Origin: a candidate division WWE3 bacterium | GTDB lineage: Bacteria > Patescibacteriota > WWE3 > 2-01-FULL-39-13 | Direction: 5' to 3' | Length of the DNA stretch: 64,000 nt | Assembly: GCA_943354835.1 (NCBI GenBank) | Contig: CALRDH010000001.1 | Coordinates: 46,460-110,459, forward strand | In this document: piece by piece, positions 57,791-64,000 of the stretch | How positions within the stretch are numbered: position 1 is the first letter of the stretch | How the letters are laid out: the number at the start of each line of letters is the position of its first letter | Translations under genes and position numbers: made by a program | Notes under the pieces: generated by a model | Told to the model about the DNA's origin: nothing | What the model saw: only the letters and a program-made list of their open reading frames with translations | Databases searched by the model: none

Positions 57791-59602
57791 TTAGCACAAA
57801 GCCTTAATACGTCTAACACCCTTGGAAACGGCTTCTTCCTTAATGATTTTAAAGCTTCCAAGCTCTGAAGTGTTCGTGACGTGAGGGCCTCCGCAAAACT
57901 CTTTAGACCACGCATTTTCAATAGAATCGCCAATAAAATATATGCTGACCTCATCGCCATACTTATCACCAAAAAAATGCAAAGCGCCAGTTTTTTCGGC
58001 ATCTGCCTTTAACATAACAACCTTATTTACAGGCAATGCTTCCTTAATTTTTTGATTAACAATTTCTTCGACCTTTTTAACTTCATCATCTGTCATTTTT
58101 GTATCGTTGGAAAAATCAAATCTTAAACGTTCTGAAGTAATATTACTTCCCATTTGGTGAACAAGGTCCCCTAAAACTTCTCGCAAAGCTTGATGTAAAA
58201 GATGAGTAGCTGTATGAAGCTTTGTTGTTTCGATTGAATGATCACCAAGGCCGCCTTTGAATCGTTGCGACATATTTGATCTTGATTTATCTTGATGAGA
58301 AGCAACATCACTATCAAAATTACTAAAATCAATACTGATGCCTTGCTCTATAGCGAGATTCTCAATCAAATCTCTAGAAGCACCCTGGGATTGATAAATA
58401 TCAAAAGGATTAATAATATCTTTCACACCTTTTTTTACATAATTCTTGATAATAAATGATCTAGTTCGATCAGTTGCTAATTTATATTGATCAATTTCTG
58501 TCTTAAAAACACCTGTAATAAAATCTAGCTTATCGATTTCTGGATATCTTTCTTTATTTATTTCTATAACAGTTGGAATGATTTCAATAATTTTTGAACT
58601 ATCAATATCAAGTTTCCAAACGCATTCATCAAAAACTCTTCTGATTAACCTTCTTAAAACATAACCTTGATCTTTGTTAGAAGGATACAATCCTTCAATT
58701 ATTAAAAAAGTAGAAGCTCTAATATGATCCGCCACCCGCTGTACTGATTTTTTCGTTTCGCCTGAACTTTTCTCACCAACCAAAGATACAATCTTTTCAA
58801 TAATCGGCCTAAAAAGATCTGTTTCATAATTACTATCCACATTCTGTAATAAGACTGATAAACGTTCGAGTCCGCTACCGGTATCGACACTCATTTTTGC
58901 AAGTGGAACTAATTCCCCGGCTTCATTGCGATTAAATTGCATGAATACACCAGCATTCCATATTTCTAAATAACGAGGATTATCAGTAAGGCCAGGAACA
59001 CTTTCCTCTGGACCAAAATCTTCGCCTCTATCATAAATGACTTCAGTACATGGACCACATGGACCAACCGGCCCAGGTGCCCACCAGTTTTCGGAAGCAG
59101 GAAGCTTTGGGATTCTATTTTCAGGAATACCTACAGATTTCCAAGCCTCTATAGTTTCTGAATCTTCTGGCGCATCCTCATTCCCAGCAAACACAGTTGG
59201 GTAAAAACGGCTTGGATCTAGGCCAAAACCATAATCCTTATTTGTCAAAAGTTCAAAAGAAAATCTAACAGCCTCTTTCTTACCATAATCACCAATTGAC
59301 CAATTCCCCAACATCTCAAAATACGTATGGTGATACTTACTGATTCCGACAATATCCAAATCTCCAGTCCTTATACATTTTTGTGCAGAACATAATCTTT
59401 TTGATCCAAAATCGGAAACAGGATTTTTCTCTCCGAGAAAATAAGGTGTAAATTGGACCATTCCAGAATTAGTAAAAAGTAGAGTTGGATGATTTTCTGG
59501 AATTAAAGAACTAGATGGAACTTCGACATGCTCCATGTTTTCGCGGGCTAAAATTTTAACAAAATATTCTAAAAACCTTTTGCGGATTTCTGTTGATGTC
59601 AT
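57791..59602 (-). CDS. alaS: alanine--tRNA ligase, short form lacking the C-Ala domain
   Basis: N-terminal VPSSSLIPENHPTLLFTNSGMVQF class II AlaRS core and the editing-domain HTATHLLHQAL motif. 603 aa. Confidence 0.8.
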   Translation of the reverse strand: MTSTEIRKRFLEYFVKILARENMEHVEVPSSSLIPENHPTLLFTNSGMVQFTPYFLGEKNPVSDFGSKRLCSAQKCIRTGDLDIVGISKYHHTYFEMLGNWSIGDYGKKEAVRFSFELLTNKDYGFGLDPSRFYPTVFAGNEDAPEDSETIEAWKSVGIPENRIPKLPASENWWAPGPVGPCGPCTEVIYDRGEDFGPEESVPGLTDNPRYLEIWNAGVFMQFNRNEAGELVPLAKMSVDTGSGLERLSVLLQNVDSNYETDLFRPIIEKIVSLVGEKSSGETKKSVQRVADHIRASTFLIIEGLYPSNKDQGYVLRRLIRRVFDECVWKLDIDSSKIIEIIPTVIEINKERYPEIDKLDFITGVFKTEIDQYKLATDRTRSFIIKNYVKKGVKDIINPFDIYQSQGASRDLIENLAIEQGISIDFSNFDSDVASHQDKSRSNMSQRFKGGLGDHSIETTKLHTATHLLHQALREVLGDLVHQMGSNITSERLRFDFSNDTKMTDDEVKKVEEIVNQKIKEALPVNKVVMLKADAEKTGALHFFGDKYGDEVSIYFIGDSIENAWSKEFCGGPHVTNTSELGSFKIIKEEAVSKGVRRIKALC

Positions 59603-60657
59603 AGCGTTATTATTTTAGCATTGTTTTTTATGCTGTCAGGTATGGAATTAATGTCTGCACTTGTAATAATTGTCTGATTTGGTCCGATTACTTTTTCGAT
59701 TGCTGATTTATAGTTTTCGTCGAGTTCACTAAAAATATCGTCTAGCAATAGAATTGGGCGGAGATTTGAAGCTTCAAACATATACTTCTCTTCTAAAATT
59801 TTCATACACAAAACGCCAGTTCGTTGTTGTCCACGCGAACCATAATGTTTTAAATCCAAAACGTGATGATTTCTTAATATAAAAGAATAATCGTCTCTGT
59901 GAGGTCCGATTTGCGTTGTACCGTAAACCAAATCTCTTTGCCTTGTACGAGTTAAACTATCACGCGATAAAAAACTTGGAGAATAATTTGTAGAAAGGGA
60001 AAAACCATCGCTGAACAAATTTATACTTATAGCCTTTAGATTTTGGTTTGAAAAATCAAAAAAATTACGTCTGTGAGTTTGAACAATCTGCGCACACTCC
60101 AAAAGTTGAGCATCCCAGACTAAAAGTTGAGCTTCATGACCATGTTCTAAAACTTTATTTCTATGTTTTAAAACTCTTCCATACTTTAATAGCGCCTTAT
60201 GATAATTAACATTAACTTGACTTAAAATTCTATCGATATAATCTCTACGTCTTTGAGGAGAACCTGCGACAAGGCGAATATCTTCTGGCGCAAAAAACAC
60301 AACCTTCGCACGGCCGACAAATTGAACACCTGTTTTTTGCGCCCCATTAATCTTAAAAGTCTTCACAACTCTTCTTGACTCCGCATTCTTGTTTAAAACA
60401 GCTTCTAACTTAACTTCGTCACCATCAAAGTCCTCATAAATTCCAACGACTCTAGCAAAATCAGAATCGATGTTAATCAAATCCGCTTCAAGACCGCTTC
60501 TAACTGGCTTTGCCAAAGACAGCAAAGCTATAGATTCCAACAAATTAGTTTTACCTGAACCATTTAGACCAACAATAATTGTTACATTTTTTGAAAATTC
60601 AAAAGTGGATTTTTTATGACTTCTAAAATTCTCGAGTTCGATAGACCTAATAAACAT
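59599..60657 (-). CDS. recF: DNA replication and repair protein RecF
   Basis: MFIRSIELENFRSHKKSTFEFSKNVTIIVGLNGSGKTNLLESI (Walker A) and the C-terminal LLLDDIFSELD. Confidence 0.85.
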   Translation of the reverse strand: MFIRSIELENFRSHKKSTFEFSKNVTIIVGLNGSGKTNLLESIALLSLAKPVRSGLEADLINIDSDFARVVGIYEDFDGDEVKLEAVLNKNAESRRVVKTFKINGAQKTGVQFVGRAKVVFFAPEDIRLVAGSPQRRRDYIDRILSQVNVNYHKALLKYGRVLKHRNKVLEHGHEAQLLVWDAQLLECAQIVQTHRRNFFDFSNQNLKAISINLFSDGFSLSTNYSPSFLSRDSLTRTRQRDLVYGTTQIGPHRDDYSFILRNHHVLDLKHYGSRGQQRTGVLCMKILEEKYMFEASNLRPILLLDDIFSELDENYKSAIEKVIGPNQTIITSADINSIPDSIKNNAKIITL

Positions 60658-60875
60658 GCAATGATTTTACATGGAATTTGCGAGGAAAGAAAAATAATTT
60701 TTTTAAATTATGTCGTAACGTATTTTAATCCAAGTCTTCGCCATGCACACTTTTTTGGTGATGCCACTACAGGGCCACTGGGTGGCATCACCAAAAAAAC
60801 ACCTAGGCGGAAGGGTGAACCATATTTTGTCATACAAGCAGTTTAAAAAAATGTAAAAATTCGTTAATTATTAAA

Positions 60876-61157
60876 TTGTATAATCAAGTAATGACAGATA
60901 TTATCAATTTAACCGAGCAAGTCACATTCGCCGGAAGAGGTATGGGGTTCAAAAAGGTTCACGTAACTATACCCATAGAACTCTACGATGCATTTTCAAA
61001 AAGGTATCCATACGGTTGTCGAAGCAGGATATTATCGGTCGCATTAGCGGATAAACTTAAAAAAGCTGAGGAAGAAGACATAAAAATTAAACAATGGTTA
61101 CTCAAAAAACGACTTTTAATAAATACAAATTGGGATGAAATCACTGAAAATGAATAA
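60876..61157 (+). CDS. hypothetical small protein, possibly RHH-like
   Basis: 93 aa. KKVHVTIPIELYDAFSKRYP...ILSVALADKLKK suggests a ribbon-helix-helix. Weak support. Confidence 0.3.
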   Translation: MYNQVMTDIINLTEQVTFAGRGMGFKKVHVTIPIELYDAFSKRYPYGCRSRILSVALADKLKKAEEEDIKIKQWLLKKRLLINTNWDEITENE

Positions 61158-61716
61158 TGAAGAAAATCTTGAAAACATCTCAAATGAAATTTCCTTGTGT
61201 ACAAAGTGTGCATTATGTAAATCCGCGATACAGGCAGTTCCTGGAAGTGGAAATCCAAATACAAAGATTGTTTTTATTGGTGAGGCGCCTGGGTTTTATG
61301 AAGACCAACTAGGTCTATCTTTTGTAGGCAGATCCGGGAAATTATTAGATTTTTTATTAGGTCAAATCAAATTAAATAGGAATGATGTTTGGATCGGGAA
61401 CATTATAAAGCACAGGCCGCCTGAAAACAGGGATCCAAGCCCTGAAGAAATAAAAATCTGCAAATCTTTTTTAACTAGGCAACTTGATGTTATTAATCCT
61501 AAAATTATTATCACATTAGGCAGGTTTTCGATGAATTATTTCTTGCCTGATGCAGTAATTTCAAAGGCACACGGAAAAACGCACCAAGTTGGAAGATTTG
61601 TAATTTATCCTTTGTATCATCCGGCGGCGGGACTTAGAAATCCAAACATGAAACTTCAGCTTATAGAGGACTTTTTAAAAATACCTGATATTATAGAGAT
61701 GACAAATTTAATATGA
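61135..61716 (+). CDS. uracil-DNA glycosylase, family 4
   Basis: CxxC (CTKCALCKS), GEAPG motif (FIGEAPGFYED) and the C-terminal HPAAGLRN. Confidence 0.75.
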   Translation: MKSLKMNNEENLENISNEISLCTKCALCKSAIQAVPGSGNPNTKIVFIGEAPGFYEDQLGLSFVGRSGKLLDFLLGQIKLNRNDVWIGNIIKHRPPENRDPSPEEIKICKSFLTRQLDVINPKIIITLGRFSMNYFLPDAVISKAHGKTHQVGRFVIYPLYHPAAGLRNPNMKLQLIEDFLKIPDIIEMTNLI

Positions 61717-63344
61717 ATATAAGCGAAAGACCATCTTTAAAAATTATTCCAATCGGCGGAACAACAACAGTTCAAAAGAATATGTACGTTTACGAATGCG
61801 GAAACGACATGATCGTCATGGACTGTGGAATTGGATTTCCAGATATGGAAACTCCTGGAGTTGACGTTACAATACCTGATTTTACTTACATACTAGAAAA
61901 TCGACATAAAGTTCGCGGTGTTGTAATAACACATGGCCATGAAGATCATAGAGGTTCACTGCCATACTTACTTCAAGAACATAAGTTCGATGTTTATGCT
62001 GTTCCATTTGTAAAGGCATTAATAGAAAAATCATTAGAAGAGTATACAAATCTTGGAGATTACAAAGTTAAAGCTTTTGATCCTAATCAATCATTCCAAC
62101 TTGGATGTTTTAGGTTGACACCATTTAGAGTTAACCATTCAATCCCAGATACGCTCGGATTTGCAATCGATACACCACAAGGAAGAATTTTCCACAATTC
62201 AGATTTTAAATTTGACTGGTCACCTGTAATGGACAAACCTTTTGATGTACAAAAGGCGGCTCGCCTTGCAGGCGAGCCGCAAGAAGGCGTCTTAGCTCTT
62301 CTTTCAGACTGTTTAGGAGCTACTTCTGAAGGTTTCACAGAATCTGAAAGCAAAATCCAAGAAACTTTCGAAAAAGTATTAAAAAATTCAAAAGACAAAC
62401 AAGTATTCATTACAACAATCTCCTCAAACATTTCAAGAATCCAACAGGCAATTAATGCTGCTGAAAAATTTGGAAGAAAAGTTGTATTAAGTGGAAGATC
62501 AATAAGAAACACAATCGAAATAGCACAACAAATGGGATATATAAAAGAAGCAAAAGACACAATTATTGATGAGCGCGACGCGCATAACCACAAACAAGAA
62601 ACATTAATCTACATTATAACTGGATGCTACGGCCAAAAAGAAGCGGGCCTGTGGCGCGTCGCCCTAGGCGAACACAAAAGTATTACTATTTCAGATAAAT
62701 CAGTAGTAATTTTTTCTGCTGATCCAATACCGAATTCCGTTTCGGCAGTAAATTCACTAATCGACGAACTATATTTAAAAGGCGTTGATGTTTATTATTC
62801 AGAAATCCAAGATGATCTTCACGTTTCTGGCCACGGCGGTCAAGGCGACATGGTGCTTCTTGCCAATATTGTTAGACCAAAATATTTTATTCCAATTGGT
62901 GGAAGCATAAAGCACATGAGGGCATATGCAAATTTAATCGATGCAAATGGTTTTGACAAAAGAAATGTAGCTCAACTACTTGATGGTCAAAGCATCGTTT
63001 TTAAAGATGGAAAAGCGGCACTTGGAGACAGACTAAAACTTAAAGAAGTATACGTAGACGGAAATTTAGTTGGTGATGTTGGCGCAAGCGTTCTTAAAGA
63101 TAGAATTCAAATGGCAAATCATGGAATGGTAGCTGTCGTAATTCACGGCCAAAATATCGAAATAATAACAAGAGGATTTGTTTTCATTAAAGGTTCTAAG
63201 AAGCTTCTAGAATCAGCAGAAAACATAATCAGAAAATCCTTAACAGAAAAGAAGGATGAAAGAAAAATAGAAAATAAACTTCAACAATTTCTATTCAAAG
63301 AAACAGGCAGAGAACCAATTGTCGTCGTCACAATAGCTAACTAA
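61713..63344 (+). CDS. rnj: ribonuclease J (metallo-beta-lactamase/beta-CASP)
   Basis: HxHxDH motif VITHGHEDHRGSLPYL, the beta-CASP region, and HVSGHGGQ. Confidence 0.85.
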   Translation: MNISERPSLKIIPIGGTTTVQKNMYVYECGNDMIVMDCGIGFPDMETPGVDVTIPDFTYILENRHKVRGVVITHGHEDHRGSLPYLLQEHKFDVYAVPFVKALIEKSLEEYTNLGDYKVKAFDPNQSFQLGCFRLTPFRVNHSIPDTLGFAIDTPQGRIFHNSDFKFDWSPVMDKPFDVQKAARLAGEPQEGVLALLSDCLGATSEGFTESESKIQETFEKVLKNSKDKQVFITTISSNISRIQQAINAAEKFGRKVVLSGRSIRNTIEIAQQMGYIKEAKDTIIDERDAHNHKQETLIYIITGCYGQKEAGLWRVALGEHKSITISDKSVVIFSADPIPNSVSAVNSLIDELYLKGVDVYYSEIQDDLHVSGHGGQGDMVLLANIVRPKYFIPIGGSIKHMRAYANLIDANGFDKRNVAQLLDGQSIVFKDGKAALGDRLKLKEVYVDGNLVGDVGASVLKDRIQMANHGMVAVVIHGQNIEIITRGFVFIKGSKKLLESAENIIRKSLTEKKDERKIENKLQQFLFKETGREPIVVVTIAN

Positions 63345-63348
63345 AAGC

Positions 63349-64000
63349 TTATCTCTCCATAACCTTCCAAAAAACATCTTGAGGTATATCAATATTTCCA
63401 AATCTCTTTAAACGTTTCTTTCCACGTTTTTGTTTTTCCAAAAGCTTCATCTTTCTTGTAACATCCCCACCGTATAAATAACCTGTAACATCTTTTCTAA
63501 AAGCAGAAACATCTTCACGCGCGAGTATTTTTCCGCCAACTGCAGCTTGAATTGAGATTGCAAATTGTTGACGCGGAATTATTGTCTTAAGTTTAGAAAC
63601 AATTCGTTTTCCTTCTGTTTCAGCATATTGTCTTTGAACAAGTGTCGAAAGAGGTGCAACAATATCTCCACCTATTAAAATATCCAATTTTGAAACCACT
63701 GATTCTCTATAATCAATTAAAGAATAATCAATCGAAGCGTATCCAGATGAAATCGACTTCAACTTATCATAAAAATCTATAATTAATTCAATAAGTGGAA
63801 TTTCGTAAGAAACCTTCATGCGTTTTCCATCAAGTTGTGATGTGGAAATATAAATAGCTCTTCTTTCTTTACACAAATTCATAATTTCACTCATATATTC
63901 AATCGGAGTATAAATGCTCAAACTTGCCCAAGGCTCTTTTGTTTTTTCTATCGTTGTAATTTCAGGAAATTCTGCAGCCGACTTAATTTCCATTTCTTCT
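63349..64000 (-). CDS. lepA: elongation factor 4 (LepA), C-terminal part; the gene continues beyond the window end
   Basis: IIPRQQFAISIQAAVGGKILAREDV...YGGDVTRKMKLLEKQKRGKKRLKRFGNIDIPQDVF matches the LepA-specific C-terminal domain. Confidence 0.8.
   Translation of the reverse strand, partial: EEMEIKSAAEFPEITTIEKTKEPWASLSIYTPIEYMSEIMNLCKERRAIYISTSQLDGKRMKVSYEIPLIELIIDFYDKLKSISSGYASIDYSLIDYRESVVSKLDILIGGDIVAPLSTLVQRQYAETEGKRIVSKLKTIIPRQQFAISIQAAVGGKILAREDVSAFRKDVTGYLYGGDVTRKMKLLEKQKRGKKRLKRFGNIDIPQDVFWKVMER

Noticed and set aside
57778-58002. A 74-aa ORF overlapping the 3' end of alaS
   Set aside because: It is fully embedded in the alaS coding region in another frame. No RBS or motif is present.

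Overview
This is an AT-rich bacterial chromosomal segment, roughly 30% GC by eye (not computed). Genes are tightly packed and mostly on the minus strand. That layout fits a small-genome, possibly uncultivated CPR-like lineage, but that is inference only. Core genes recognised from protein motifs: the rpoB 5' end, mraY, alr, ddl, murF/E/D/C/B/A, secD/secF, comM, mltG, prmC, recJ, ruvX, an ftsA-like gene, alaS, recF, a family-4 UDG, RNase J, and the lepA 3' end. Accessory content: four VapBC-like pairs, one of them spliced into the mur operon; a BrnT/BrnA pair plus a degraded brnA paralog; and an AbiEii/AbiEi module whose antitoxin gene is split by a 44-bp perfect palindrome. There are two tandem AAA_14/DUF4143-type ATPases sharing a conserved upstream motif with a neighbouring gene. 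A compositionally foreign high-GC island (about 35.5-37.3 kb) encodes a secreted two-domain protein with a Thr/Pro tandem-repeat linker. A 1241-aa protein carries a transglutaminase-like Cys-His-Asp core next to a Tat lipoprotein. There is a surface-glycan operon (GT4, GT-C-like and a 1245-aa polytopic protein), a YbaK-like deacylase fused to a PBP5-type DD-carboxypeptidase, a MurF with a hydrophobic N-terminus, and a tetrapeptide-periodic repeat protein. No rRNA, tRNA, CRISPR array, transposase or integrase was recognised.
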